Part shown: piece after piece, positions 29,846 through 44,757 of the stretch
Numbering within the stretch: position 1 is the stretch's first letter
Layout of the letters: the number at the start of each line of letters is the position of its first letter
NCBI RefSeq assembly: GCF_009914755.1
Contig: NC_060945.1
Direction: 5' to 3' (one strand)
From: the human T2T-CHM13v2.0 reference genome, Homo sapiens
DNA: 64,000 nucleotides
Notes under the pieces: model-generated
Database searches by the model: none
Told to the model about the DNA's origin: nothing
The model's input: the letters and a program-made list of their open reading frames with translations, nothing else
Translations under genes and position numbers: made by a program

Positions 29846-30165
29846 ATTCCATGGAATTCCATTCCACTCCATTCCATTGCATTCCAATCCATTCCATGGA
29901 ATTCCATTCCACTCCATTCCATTGCATTCCATTCCATGGAAATCCATTCCACTCCATTCCATTGCATTCCATTCCATAGAATTCCATTCCATGAAATTCC
30001 ATTCCACTCCATTCCAAAGCATTCCATTTCATGGAATTCCATTCCATTTCATGGAATTCCATTCCATTCCACTCCATTCCAAAGCATTCCATTCCACGGA
30101 ATTCCATTCCATTCCATGGAATTCATAACATTACATGGAATTCCATTCCATTCCATGGAATTCCA
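29846..30165. repeat. Degenerate ATGGAATTCC micro-inversion cluster (about 11 copies, irregular 15-45 bp spacing)
   Basis: ATGGAATTCC at 29851, 29896, 30031, 30051; decayed forms ATGGAAATCC, ATAGAATTCC, ATGAAATTCC; one CCACGGAATTCC at ~30094. Confidence 0.85.
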
Positions 30166-30260
30166 TTACATTCCACTCCTCTCCATTCCATTACATTCCA
30201 CTCCTCTCCTTTCCATTACATTCCACTCCTCTCTATTCCATTACATTCCACTCCTCTCCA
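30161..30260 (+). repeat. 4 x 25-bp tandem (TTCCATTACATTCCACTCCTCTC..)
   Basis: TTACATTCCACTCCTCTC at 30166, 30191, 30216, 30241. Confidence 0.85.
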
Positions 30261-33200
30261 TTCCATTCCACTCCAGTGCACTCTATTCCACTCCATTCCA
30301 CTAAATTCCCTTCCATTCCATTCCATTCCTTTCCATTCCATTCCACCCCATTCCATTTCTCTCTTCTACATTCCATTGCCTCCTGATCCATTCCATTCCA
30401 TTCCATTCCACTCCATTCCATTCCATTCCATTGAATTCCATTCCATTCCCCTCCACTCGTTTCCATTCTATTTCACTCCATTCCATTCCATTCCATTCCA
30501 TTCTATTGTACTCCACACAATTCCATTCCACTCCAACCCACTCCATTCCATTCAATTCCATTTCACTCTATTCCATTCCATTCCATTCCACCCCATTCCA
30601 TTCCATTCTACTACAATTCTTTCCAATTTTTTCCACTCCACTCTATTCCTCTCCATTCCATTCCACTCCACTCCTTTCCATTCCATTCATCCCCATTCGA
30701 TTCCAATCCGTTCCATTTCAGTCCACTTCACTCCATTCCACTCCACTCCACTCCACTCTGCTCCATTCCACACCTTTCTATTGCATTCTATTCCATTCCA
30801 TTACACTCCATTCCATTAGATTCCACTTCTTTCCGTTCCATTCCATTCCATTCTATACCATTCCATTCCACTGCATTCCTTTCCATTATATTCCAATCCA
30901 CGCCATTCCACGCCATTGCCTTCCATTCCATTCCATTCTACTACACTAAATTCCATTTCATTCCACTCGACCCCACTAAACTCCACTCCATTCCATTCCA
31001 TTCCATTCCATTCCATTCCATTACCTTAAACACCAGTGAGTTCCATTCCACTCGACCCGACTCCATTCCATTCCATTCCATTCCATTCCATTCCATTCCA
31101 TTCCATTTCATTATATTCCATTCCATTCCACTCCTTTCTGTTCCATTGCACTACATTCCATTCCAACCTACTCCACTCCACTACTTTCCACTCCATTAAA
31201 TTCCACTCCACTCCACTCCTCTCCTGTCCATTCCATTCCATTTTATTCCATTGCATTCCATTCCACTACACTACACTCCATTTCAGTCCAATCCGTTCCA
31301 TTCCATTCCACTCCACTCCATTCCATTCCATTCCACTCCACTATACTCCACTGCACTCTATTCCATTCCATTCCACTACAATCCACTGCACTCCATTCTA
31401 CTCCATTCCATTCCATTCCATGCCACTCCATTGCTTTCTATGCCATTCCGTTCCATTTCACTTCACTGCACTCCATTCCACTCGATTCCTCTCAATTCCA
31501 TTCCTTTCCATTCCATTCCTTCGAACTCCACTCCTGTCCGTTCTTTGAATTGCATTCCACTCCATTTCATTCCATTCCATTTCACTTCACTCGACCCCAT
31601 TCCACACCATTCCTCTCCAATTCATTCCTTTGAAATCGATTCCATTCCACTGCATTCCATTCCAATACACTCAATTCTATTGTGTTCCATTCCCCACCAG
31701 TAATTGAACTCCATTCCATTACACTCCACTCCCCTCCTCTCCATTTCATTCCATTCCTTTCCGCTCCACTCCATTCCATTCCACTCCACTTCCCTCTTCT
31801 CAATTCCATTCCGCTCCACTCCCCTCCTCTCCATTCCATTCCATTTGTTTCCATTCCATCCCACTCCACTTCATTTATTTCCATTCCACTCCATTATGTT
31901 TCCTTCTATTCCACTCCACTGCATTCTCCTCCATTCCATTCCACTCCACCCCCCTCCTCTCTACTGCATTTCATTTCATTCCATTCCATTAACCTCCACT
32001 CCTTTCCATTCCTTTCCACTCCTCTCCTTTCCATTCCTTTCCTTTCCATTCCATTCCATTCCATTCCGTTCTGTTCTGTTTAATTCCATTCTATTTCATT
32101 CCATGCCTCTCCACTGTATTCCATTCCACTCCACTCCATTCCACTCCATTACTCTCTATTTCCTTACAATCCACTCCCCTCCTTTATATTCCATTCATCT
32201 CCATTCCATTCCATTTCATACCATTCCTTCCCATTCCTTTCCACTCCTCTCTTTCACATACCATTCTAGTCCATTCCATTCCATTCCATTGCATTCCTTT
32301 CCATTCAATTCCAATCCATTCCATTCCATTCCATTGCATGGAATTCCATTGCATGGAATTCCATTCCATTCCCCTCTACTGCATTGCATTTCATTCCACT
32401 CCTCTCCATTCAACTACCTTCCCTTACATTCCATTCCATTCGATTCCATTCAATTCCACTCCACTCCATTCCATTTCATTCCACTGAATCCCCCTCCACT
32501 GCACTCCACTCCACTCCATTCCATTCCTCTCCATTCTCTTCCACTCTACTCATATCTATTCCTCTCTAACCGACTCCATTGCATTCCATTTCATGCAATT
32601 CAATTCCATTCCATTCCATGCAATTCAATTTTATTCTATTCCATTCCACTCCTTTCCGTTCTTTTCCACTTCATTCCATTCCAATCTACTCGACTCCGCT
32701 ATATTAGACTCCATTAAATTACACTCCACTCCCCTCCTCTCCTTTCTGTTCCATTCCATTCTATTGCATTCCATTCCAATGCACTGCACTCCATTTCAAT
32801 CCACTCCCATCCATTCCATTCCATTCCATTCCATTCCATTCCATTCCTTTCCTTTCCATTCCATTCCATTCTTTTCTATTCCATTCCATTCCATTTCATT
32901 CCTTTCCATTCCATTCCATTGAAATCCTTTCCATTCCACTCCACTCCATTTCATTCCATTTCACTCGAACGCACTCCGTTCCATTCTATTCCACTCCACA
33001 CAATTCCATTCCACTCCTACACCCTCTATTCCATTCAATTCCATTTCATTCTATTCCATTCCATTCCATTCCATTCCAATCCTTTCCATCCCATTCCACT
33101 GCATTCCATTCCAATCCACTCCACTCCACTATGTTCCACTCCATTCCATTCCACTCCACTCCACTCCATCCACTCCATTCCATTCGATTCCATTCCCCTC

Positions 33201-36200
33201 CACTGCAGTGCATTCAATTCGACTAGACTCCACTCCACTCCATTCCACTGCATTCCACTCCATTCCCTTCCATACCATTCCTCCCCGTTCCATTCCATTC
33301 CAATCCAATCCATTCCATTTCAGTCCTCTCCACTCAATTCCACTCCACTGCACTCCACTCCATTACACTCCATTCCATTGAATTTCATTCCATTCCATTC
33401 CACTCCATTCCTGTAGGTTCCACTCCACTCCATTCCATTCCATTCCACTCCATTCTGTTCCATTAAATTCCACTCCAGTCCATTCCACTCTATTCCATTC
33501 CTTTCCATTCCACTCTACTCCATTCCATTTCATTCCACTGGACGCCACTCCACTCCACCCCACTCCATTCCATTCCATTATCGTCCTCTCCACTCAAATC
33601 CATTCCTCTCCACCCAACTCTATTGCATTTCATTTCATTCCATTCATTTCCATTCCATTGCATTCCATTCCAATCCTTTCCGTTCCATTCCACTACATTC
33701 CATTCCAGTCTACTCCACTCTGTTACATTCCACTGCATTAAATTCCACTCCACTCCCCTACTCTCCTTTCCATTCCATTCCATTGAATTTCATTGCGTTC
33801 CATATCACTGCACTCCACACCATTTCACTCCACTCAATTCCATTCCATTCCATTCCATTCCATTCCATTCCACTCCACTCCCTTCCGTTCCCTTCCCTTC
33901 CATTCCATTCCATTGAATTCCTTTCCATTCCACACCACTCCATTCCATTCCTTTTCACTCGACCCCACTGCATTCCATTCCGTTGCATTCTATTCCCCTC
34001 CATACAATTCCATTCCACTCCACCACCCTCTGTTCCATTCAATTCCATTTCAATCTATACCATTCCATTCCATTCCATTCCAATACTTTGCATCACATTC
34101 CACTGCATTTCATTCCAATCCACTCCACTCCACTATATTGCACTCCATTCCATTTCACTTCACTCCACTCCACCCACTCCATTGCATTCCATTCCATTGC
34201 CCTCCACTGCACTCCACTGCACTCTGTTCCATTCTACTCCACTCCACTCCACTCATTTCCACTCCATTCCTCCCCATTCCATTCCATTACATTCCAATCC
34301 ATTCCGTTTCAGTCCACTTCACTCCATTCCACTCCATTCTGTTGAATTCCATTCCATTCCATTCCACACCATTCCATTAGATTCCACTGCACTCCATTCC
34401 ATTCCATTCCATTCCACTCCATTCCTTTCCATTAAATTCCACTCCACTCCATTCTACTCCATTCCAGACCATTCCATTCCACACCACTCTACTCCATTCC
34501 AATCCATTCCGTTTTCATCCACTCCACTCAAGTCCATTACTCTCCACCTGACTAGATTGCAATTCAATTCATTCCATTAAATTCCATTCCATTCCCTTCC
34601 ACTTCTTTCCCTTCTATACCACTGCATTCCATTCCAATCTACTCCACTCTGCTACATTCCACTGCATTAAATTCCACTCCACTCTCCTCCTCTCCTTTCC
34701 ATTCCATTCCATTCGGTTCCATTGCATTCCATTCCACTGCACTCCAATCCATTTCCCTCCACTCCATTCCATTCCACTCCCCTCCATTCCATTCCACTGC
34801 ACTATACTCCACTCCACTTCATTCCATTCCATTCCATTCCACTCCACTCCACCCCAGCCCACACAATTCCACTACGTTCCATTCTTTCCATCCAAATCCA
34901 TTCCATTCTATTCCATTGCATTCCATTACTTTTCATTTCCCTCCACTTCTCTGCATTCCACTACACTCCACTTTTCCATTCCATTCCATTCCATTCCACT
35001 ACACTAAAATAAACCATTCCACTCCACCACACTCCACTCTATTCCACTCTATTCCATTCCATTCCTTTCCATTCCATTCCATTCCATTCCCTTAAATTCC
35101 TTTCCACTCCTCTCTATTTCATTGAATTCCATTCCATTCCATTCCATTCCATTGCACTGCACTTCAATCCACTCCATTCCGTTCCACTCCATCCCAGTTC
35201 ACTCCACTCCCCTCCATTCCATTCCATTCCATTCCAATTCACTCCATTCCATTAAAGTCGACTCCATTCCATTCCATTCCGTTCTAATCTATTCCAATCC
35301 ACTCCATTTCATTCCACTCCACTGAATCCCTTTCCATTCCATTCCACTCCACTCAGTCCACTCCATTCCATTACACTCCACTCCCCTCCTCTACTTTCAA
35401 TTGCACTCCATTCCCTTCCGTTCCACTCCACTCTATTACATTCCACTCCATTCCCCTATTGTCCATTGCATTCCATTTTATTCCATTCCATTCCATTCCA
35501 CTCCACTTCTTTCTATTCCATTGCACTCCACTCCCCTCCATTTCACTCCATTCCATTCCTTTCCATTCCATTCCACTCCCATCCACTAGTCCCCACTCCT
35601 CTCCCCTCCTCTGCATTCCATTCCGTTTCACCACATTCCATACCACTCCATTCCACTCGACTACATTCCGTTCCATTCCACTCCAATCCATTCCATTCCA
35701 TTCATCTCCCCTCCATTCCACTGCATTCCATTCCACTCCTCTCCACTCCATCCCATTCCACTCCAGTCCATTCCATTCCATTCCACTCTATTCCATTCCA
35801 CTCCATTCCACTGAACGCCACTCCATTCCATTCCATTCCAGCCCAATCCCCTCCTCCGCAATCCATTCCATCCCATTCCGTTCCATTCCATTCCATTACA
35901 TTCCATTCCATTCCACCGCTGTCTATTCCATTCCATTCCACTCTACTCCATTCCATTCCAATCCACTCAAATCCTCTCATCTCCTTTCCAATCCACTACA
36001 TTCCATTCCACTGCATACCATTGCATCACATTGCACTGCAATCCATTCTATGCCATTCCATTCTATTCTTTCCACTCCACTCCCCTCCTTTACATTCCTT
36101 TCCACTCCATTCCATTCCATTCCACTCCACTCCAAACCATAGCATTCCACTCCACTCCAATCAATTCTACTCCCTTCCATTCCTGTCCATTCCATTACAC

Positions 36201-39200
36201 TGCATTCCATTCCACTGCATTCCGTGCCATTCCCTTCCTCTCCATTCCATTCGACTCCATTCCATTCCATTCCATTACAGTCCTTTCCATTCCATTCCAC
36301 TACATTCCTCTCCAGTCCACTCCACTGCATTCCATTCCTTTCTATTTCTTTCCATTCCATTCCATGCCGTTCCATTCCATTGAATTACATTCCACTCGAA
36401 CGCAATCCACTCCAGTCCACTCCATTCCATTCCGTACCATTCCATTCTACTCTACTCCATTCCATTCCATTCCAATCTACTCCATTTCACCCCACTCTTT
36501 TCCACTCCACTCAACTCCATTCTGTTCCACTCCAATCCATTCCACTTCTTACCATTCCACTCCACTCTGTTCCTTTCCATTCCATTCCAGTCCACTCCAT
36601 TCCACGCCATTCCACTCGATTCCATTCCACTCCACTCTCCTCCTTTACATTCCATTCTACTCTATTCCGTTCCATTCCATTCCATTCCATCAAATAGAAT
36701 TCCATTCCATTCCACTCCACTCCATTCTATTCCATTCCATTCGACTCCAGTCTTTTCCATTCCATGCAATTGCACTCCAATCCCCTCATTTCCATTCCAT
36801 TCCCTTACATTACAATAAATTCCATTCCTTTCCATTCCATTCCATTCCATTAAGCTCCACTCTTCTCCATTCCATTCCACTCCATTTTATTACATTGCTT
36901 TCCATTTCGTTCCATTCCATTCCACTCCATTCCGTTCCATTCCATTCCACTCCATTCCATTCCATTCCATCACACTCCACTCCTCTCCATTCCATTACAC
37001 TCCATTCCATTCCATTCCATTCAATTGCATTCCATTCCATTCCAATTCACTCCATTCCATTGCATTCCATTACGCTCAAATCCTTTCCACTCCATTCCAC
37101 TCCATTCCATTCCACTTTAATCCATTGTGTTCCCATCCACTCAACGCCACTCCACTCCCCTCTAGTCTATTCCAATCCATTCCATTCTCTTCTATTCCAC
37201 ACAATTCCATTCCACTCCTCCCCATCCATTCCATTCACTTTCGTTACATTCTATTCCATTCAACTCCTTTCCATTCCATTTCATTACATTCCATTCCAAT
37301 TCACTCCACTCCACTACATTCCACACCATTCCATTACACTCCATGCCACTTCCCTCCTCTACATTCCATTCCATTTCATTCAATTCCACTACAATCCCCT
37401 CCAATCCTCTCCACTCCTTTCAATTTCATTGCATTCCATTCCAATCCGTTCCATTCCACTCCACTCCATTCCATTCCACTTCATTCCACTCCATTCCACT
37501 TGACTCCACCCCATTCCATTCCACTCCACTCCAATCCAGTCCACTCCACTCCATTCCATTGCAATCCATTCCATTCCTTTCCATTCCATTTCCAATCCTT
37601 TCCATTCCATTCCACTCCACTCCATTCCATTCCATTCCATTTCATTGCATTCCACTCCATTCCATTCCTTTCCATTCCGTTAAACTCCATTCCATTCCAT
37701 TACATTCCACTCCACTCCCCTCCCCTCCATTGCATACCACTCCATTCCATTCCATTGCATTGCTTTCCATTCCATTCCAATCCCCTCCACTCCATTCCAT
37801 TCCATTCCAATCCATTCCATTCCAATCCATTCCATTCCATTCCATTCCTCTCCAATACATTCCAATGCAATCCTCTCCATTCCATTCCATTCCATTCCAT
37901 ACCACTACAGTTCGTTCCATTCCATACGACTCCATTACAATCCAATACATTCCATTGCATTCCATGCCATTCCATTCCAGTCCACTATATTCCATTACAT
38001 TCCATTCCACTCCACTCCATTCCACTCCTCTCCATTCCACTCCATTCCAATCCACTCAGCTCCATTCCATTCCCCTCATTTCCCGTAAACTCCTTACCAT
38101 TCCAATCCACTCTATTCCATTACATTCTACTTCAATCCATTCCACTCTATTCCACTCCATTCCGTTCCACTCCACTCCCCTCCTTTACATTCTTTTCCAC
38201 TCCATTCCATTCCATTCCATTTTCTTCCATTCCATTCCATCCCATTCCCATCCACTCCACTCTATTGCTTTCCATTCCACTCCACTCCATTCCATTCCAC
38301 CCCATTCCATTCCATTCCTTTCAACTGCAATCCATTCCCTTCCATTCCATTCCATTAAATTACATTCCATTCCAATGCACTCAATTCCATTCCACTGCAA
38401 TCCACTCCATTCTATTCCATTTCATTCCGTTCCATTCCATTCCGTTCCTTTACATTCCATTCCAATCCATTCGATTCCATTCCACTACTTTCCATTCCAT
38501 TCCATTCCATTCCACTCTACTACATTTCTCTCCATTCCATTCCACTCCACTCCCATCCACTCCATTTCTTTCCATTCCATCTCACTCCACTCCATTCCAC
38601 TCCATTCCTTTCCATTCCCTTTCATTCCATTCCATTCCATTCTACTTCTCTAAATCATTTAAATTCCACTCCACTCCAGTCCACTCCAATCCACTTTATT
38701 CCATTCCTTTCCATTCCATTACGTTCCATTACACTCCATTCCATTCCATTCCAGTCTACTTCATTGCATTTGATTCCGCTCCATTCCATTCCAATCCACT
38801 GCACTCCTCTCCATTCCATTCCATTCCATTCCATTCCATTCCATTCCATTCCATTCCATTCTCTTCCATTGCATTCCACTCCACTACATTCCACTCCATT
38901 CCACTCCCCTCAGCTCCATTCCATTCCTTTCTGTCCGTTAAACTCCATACAATTCCACTCCACTTTATTCCATTACATTCTACTCCGATCCAATCCACTC
39001 CATTCCACTCCATTCCATTCCACTCCACTCCCCTCCTTTACATTCCATTCCACTCCATTCCATTCCATTCCACTACATTCCATTCCAATCCAATCCACTC
39101 CACTACGTTCCACTCCATTCCATTCCACTCCACTCCCCTCCTCTCCATTCCATTCCATTCCATCTCACTCCATTCCATTCCACTCTGTTCCATTCCATTC

Positions 39201-39800
39201 CATTCTGTTCCATTATATTCCATTCCTTTCCATTCCATTCCATTCCATTCCATTCCATTCCATTACATTCCACTTCTCAAAATCATTGAAATTCTACTCC
39301 ACTCCACTCCATTCCATTCCATTTATCTCCATTCCATTCCATTCCATTCCACTCCTCTGCATTCTTTCCCTTCCATTCCACTTCACTCCGTTCCATTCTA
39401 TTCCACTTCATTCCATTCCAATCCATTGCATTCCGCTCCATTCCATTCCATTTCATTCCACTCCACTCTTTTCCTCACTATTCCATTCCATTCCCTTCCA
39501 TTCCATTCCAATCCATTCCACTCCACTCCACTCCATTCCAATCCACTCCACGGCATTTCATTCCATTCCACTCTACTCCAGTCCACTCCATCCTAATCCA
39601 CTCCACTCCATTCCACTCCTTTCCTTTCCATCACATTCCATTCAATTCCACTGCATTCCATTCAATTACTTTCCATTTTATTAAATTCCATTCCTTTCCA
39701 TTCCACTCCACTCCATCTCTTTCCATTCCATTTCATTCGAATCCAATCCACTCCATTACATTTCATTACACTCCATTACACTCCCTTCCATTCCATTCCA

Positions 39801-39920
39801 TTCCATTCCCTTGCATTCCATTCCATTCCATTCCATTCCACTCCATTCCCTTGCATTCCATTCCATTCCATTCCATTCCACTCCATTCCCTTGCATTCCA
39901 TTCCATTCCATTCCATTCCA
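39801..39920 (+). repeat. 3 x 40-bp tandem
   Basis: CCCTTGCATTCC at 39808, 39848, 39888. Confidence 0.9.
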
Positions 39921-41400
39921 CTACACACCCTTTCCATACCACTCTATTCCAATCCACTCCATTCCATTCCATCCACTACACTCCATTCCATTCCATTCCA
40001 TTCCACTCTACTCCATTCCACTCCACTCTATTCCAATGCCCTCAAATCCATTCCATTGCCCTACATTCCATTCCACTCCACCATTCCACTCCACTCCATT
40101 CCATTTCATTCCATTCAACTCATATCCATTCCACGCCATTCCACTCCACTCCATTCGAATCCACTCCCCTCTTTACATTCCTTTCCACGCCATTCCATTC
40201 TTTCTATTCCATTCCATTCCAAAAAATTCCTTTCCATTCCCCTAATCTCCATTCCATTGCTTTCCACAGCATATCATTCCACTCCATTCCATTGCTTTCC
40301 ACTGCTTTCCATTCCACTCCATTCTATTGCAATCATTTACATTCCATTCCATTCCATTCCATTCCATTCCATTCCATTCCTTTCCATTTGATTCCATTCC
40401 TCTCCATTACATTCAACTCCACTCCATTCCATTCAATTCCATTCCATTGCATTCCATTCCTTTGAATTCCATTCCATTCCACTCCACTCCATTCCATTCC
40501 ATACCACTCACTCCCACTCCACTCTACTCCACTCAATTCCATTCCATTCCACAATATTCCACTCCCCTCAATTCCATTCCACTCCACGCCAGTCCACTCC
40601 ATTGCATTCCATTCCATTTCATTCCATTCCATTCCATTTCTTTCCACTACTTTCCATTCCATTCCACTAAATTCCATTGCAATCCACTCAACTACACTAC
40701 ATTCCACTCCTTTCCATTCCACTCCACTCTCCTCCTCTCCATTCCATTCCTTTCCATTCCATTCCATTCCCTTCCATTGCACTATACTCCCCTCCATTCC
40801 AATCCAATCCACAACACTCTATTCCACTCCATTCCACTCCAACCCATTCCATTCCATTTGGTGACATTGCTCTCCTTTCCTTTCCACTCCAATCCATTCC
40901 GTATCACTTCACTACACTCCTTTATACTCTCCTCCATTACATTCCATTTCATTCCAGTCCATTTCCTTTCGATTACATTCCTCTCCACTCCATTCCACTC
41001 TGTTCCATTCCACTCCATTCCCTTCTCTCCAGTGCATTCCATTCCGTTCCATTCCTTTCCATTCCATTCCATTCCATTTCAATCCCCTTCGTTCCATTCC
41101 ATTCCACTCCAATCCATTCCATTCCATTCCATTTCACTCCATTCCATTCCATTCCACTCCATTCGATTTGATTCGATTCCATTCCATTGCATTCCATTGC
41201 ATTGCATTGCATTCCATTCCATTCCATTCCATTCCATTCCACTCCAATCCATTCCATTTCACTCAATTCCATTCCCATCCGTTCCATTCCACTACACTCT
41301 CTCTTGAAATCCGTACCTTTCCACTCTTCTCCACTCCAATCCGTTTTCCCCATTCCATTCCATTCTATTCCCCTTCACTCCACTCCATTCGATCAACACT

Positions 41401-41799
41401 ACTCCATTCCATTCCATTCCACTCCCCTCATTTCCATTTCATTCCATTCAATTCCATTGCATTCCTCTCCATTCCACTGCACTCCCTACCATTCCATTCC
41501 ATTCCAATCTATTCCCCTCCATTCCACTCCATTGGATTCCACTCTTGTCACCTCCATTCAACTCCATTCCACTCCATTCAATTCCTTTCCGTTCGATTCC
41601 ATTCCATTCCATTCCAATCCATTCCTTATTACTCCACTTGAATCCACTCCACTCCACTCCATTCCATTCCACTCCACTTCACTCCACTGCATTCTGCTCC
41701 ATTCCGTTGCATTCCATTCAAATCCATTCCACTCCATTCTATTAGATTCCTCTCCACTCCATTCCGTTACATTCCACTCCATTCCATTCCATTCCATTC
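41401..41799 (+). repeat. ~400-bp block, copy 1 of a near-identical dispersed pair
   Basis: Matches 61631-62029 at offset 20230 (ATTGGATTCCACTCTTGTCACC at 41531 and 61761); two mismatches seen by eye. Confidence 0.9.
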
Positions 41800-44720
41800 A
41801 GCTCCACTCCATTTCACTCCATTGAATTTCATTCCAATCCCCTCCTCTGCATTCCATTCCATTCCAATCCATTCCATTCCATTCCATTCCCCTCCACTCC
41901 ATGCCATTCCATTCCACTCCATTCCATCCCATTCCATTCCATTCCGTTCCTATCCATTTCACTCCCATGCACTCCATTCCATTCCACTCCACTCCATTCC
42001 ATTCCATACCACTCCGTTCTACTACCCTCCATTCCATTCCAATCCATTCCATTACTATACTCCGTTCCATTTCATTCCTCTTCTCTGCATTCCACTCTAT
42101 TCCTTTCCACACCAATCCATTCCACTTCATTCCATTCCATTGCATTCCATTGCACTCCACTCCATTCCAGACCATTCCACTCCATTCCATTCCACTCCAC
42201 TCCCCTCCATGCCATACCATTCCATTCTTTTCCATTCCATTCCATTCCACAACACTACATTTCAGTCCATTTATCTCCATTCCATTCCACTCCATTCCAC
42301 TCCATTTGATTCAATTCCATTCTTTCCATTCCATTGATTTCAATAGTATTCCACTCCACTCCATTCCATTCCATTCCACTCCACTCCATTCCAATCCTTT
42401 CCATTTCTTTCAATTACAATCCACTCAAACCCACTCCACTCCCGTCCACTCCATTCCACTCAATTTTATTCCATTCCATTCCACTCCACACACTCCCTTC
42501 AATTCCTTTCCACTCCATTAAATTCCAGTGCACTACATTCCACTCCATTCCTCTCCAATCCATTGCATTACATTCCTTTAAACTCCCATCTGTTCCATTC
42601 CATTGCATTCAATTTCATTTTATTCAATTTCATTCCACTCCACCGCACTCCACTCGACTCCACTCCACTCTGCTCCACTCCACTCCATTCCATTCCTTTC
42701 TTTTCCATTCTATTCCACTCCAAACAATTCCGTTCCACTTAACACCACTCCATTCCATTCCATTCCATTCCATTCCACTCTTTTCAATTCCACTCCTTTC
42801 CTTTCAATTCCATTACACTCGATTCCAATCCAATTCACTCCACAACATTCCATTCCATTTCATTCCACTCCTCTTTACTACTCTCCTTTCCATTCTATTG
42901 CATTCCATTCGATTCCATTACATTCCACTCCGTTCCATTCCATTCCTTTCCATTCCACTCCGCTCCAATCCATTCTTCTCCACTCTATTCCACTCTGTTC
43001 CATTCCATTCCACTGCACTCCATTCCATTCCATTCCACTCCACTGAACTCCACTCCATTCCACTCCATTCCATTCCATTCCATTCCATTCCAGTGCATTC
43101 CATTGCATTCCACTCCATTCCATTCCACCCCAAACCCCTCCTCCCCAATCCATTCCATTCTGTTCCATTCCATTCCATTCCACTCCACTCCCTTCCATTC
43201 CACAACACTCCTTTGTATTCCATTAAATTCCATTCATACAACACACCTTTCCATTCCATACTACTCCATTCCACTCGACTCTATTCCACTGCAATCCAGT
43301 CTACTCCATTCCACTCCACTGCTTTCCACTCCACTCAACTCCATTCTATTCCACTCCAATCCATTCCAATCCATACCATTGCACTCCACTCATTTCCATT
43401 CCAATGCATTCCACTCCACTCGATTCCACGCCATTCCACTCAATTACATTCCACTCGACTCCCCTCCTTTACATTCCACTCCACTCCATTCCGTTGTATT
43501 CCATTCCATTCCATCAAATAGTATTCCATTCCATTCTACTCAACTTCATTCCACTCCATTCCACTCCATTCCATTCCAATCGTTTCCATTCCATTCCATT
43601 CCATTCTTTTCCACTCCACTCCATTCCATTCCATTCCACACCGCTCCATTCCATTCGATTCCATTGAATTCCATACCATTCCACTCTACTTCATTCCATT
43701 CAATTCCACTCGATCTCACTCCACTCCCCTCCACACCATTCCATTCCATTCTATTTCACGCCACTAAATTCCATTCCACTCCAACCCACTCCAATCCATT
43801 CCATTCCATACCAATCCATTCCATTCCATTCCATTCCCTTCCATTCCATTCCATTCCATTCCATTCCATTCCATTCCATTCCATTCTATTCCAGTCCTTT
43901 CCATTCCATTCCATTCCATTACTTTCTAATACACAATAATCCACTACATTCCACTCCATTCAATTCGATTCCACTCCCCTCCCCACCATTGCATTCCATT
44001 CCATTTCAATCCATTCCATTCCGTTCCAATCTTTTCCACTAAACTGCATTATTTCCGCTCCACTCCACTCTATTCCACTCCATTCCACTCCATCCAATTC
44101 CATTGCATTCCATTCCATTCCAGTCATCTCCATTCCATTCCACTCCATTTAGTACCATTCCATTCCATTCCACTCCATTCCATTCCACTCCACTTCCCTC
44201 CTCTCCATTCCATTCCTTTCCATTCTATTCCATTCCTTTCCATTCCCCTCCACTGCATTCCATTACATTCCATGCCACTCCATTTCTTTCCATTCCATTC
44301 CATTCCACTGCACTCCATTCCATTTCACACCACTCCATTCCATTCCATTCTATTCCACTGCACTCCATTCCATTCCATACCATTCCACTTCTCTCCACTC
44401 CACTCCATTCCACTAAATTCCATTCCATTCCGTTTCATTCCATTCCCTACCACTCCACAATATTCCATTCCTCTCCACTCCAATCCATTTCATTCTACTC
44501 CATTCAACTCCACTCCACTCCATTCCATTGCATTCCACTGCATTCCATGCCACACAACTCCCCTCCTTTCCAGTCCATTCCATTCCATTCAATTACCATC
44601 CACTCGACCGCACTCCACTCCACTCAATTCTATTCCATTCCATACCATTCCATTCCTTTCCATTCCATTTCATTTCATTCCACTTCACTCAACTCCATTC
44701 CACTCCACTCCACTCCATTC

Positions 44721-44757
44721 CATTCATTAATTCATTCATTCATTCATTCATTCATTC
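44721..44757 (+). repeat. (TTCA)n / (CATT)n tetranucleotide microsatellite
   Basis: CATTCATTAATTCATTCATTCATTCATTCATTCATT; local period 4 instead of 5. Confidence 0.85.

Noticed and set aside
41401-41799. Mobile element explaining the dispersed 400-bp copy
   Set aside because: The block is itself satellite; no terminal repeats, poly-A or target-site duplication seen.
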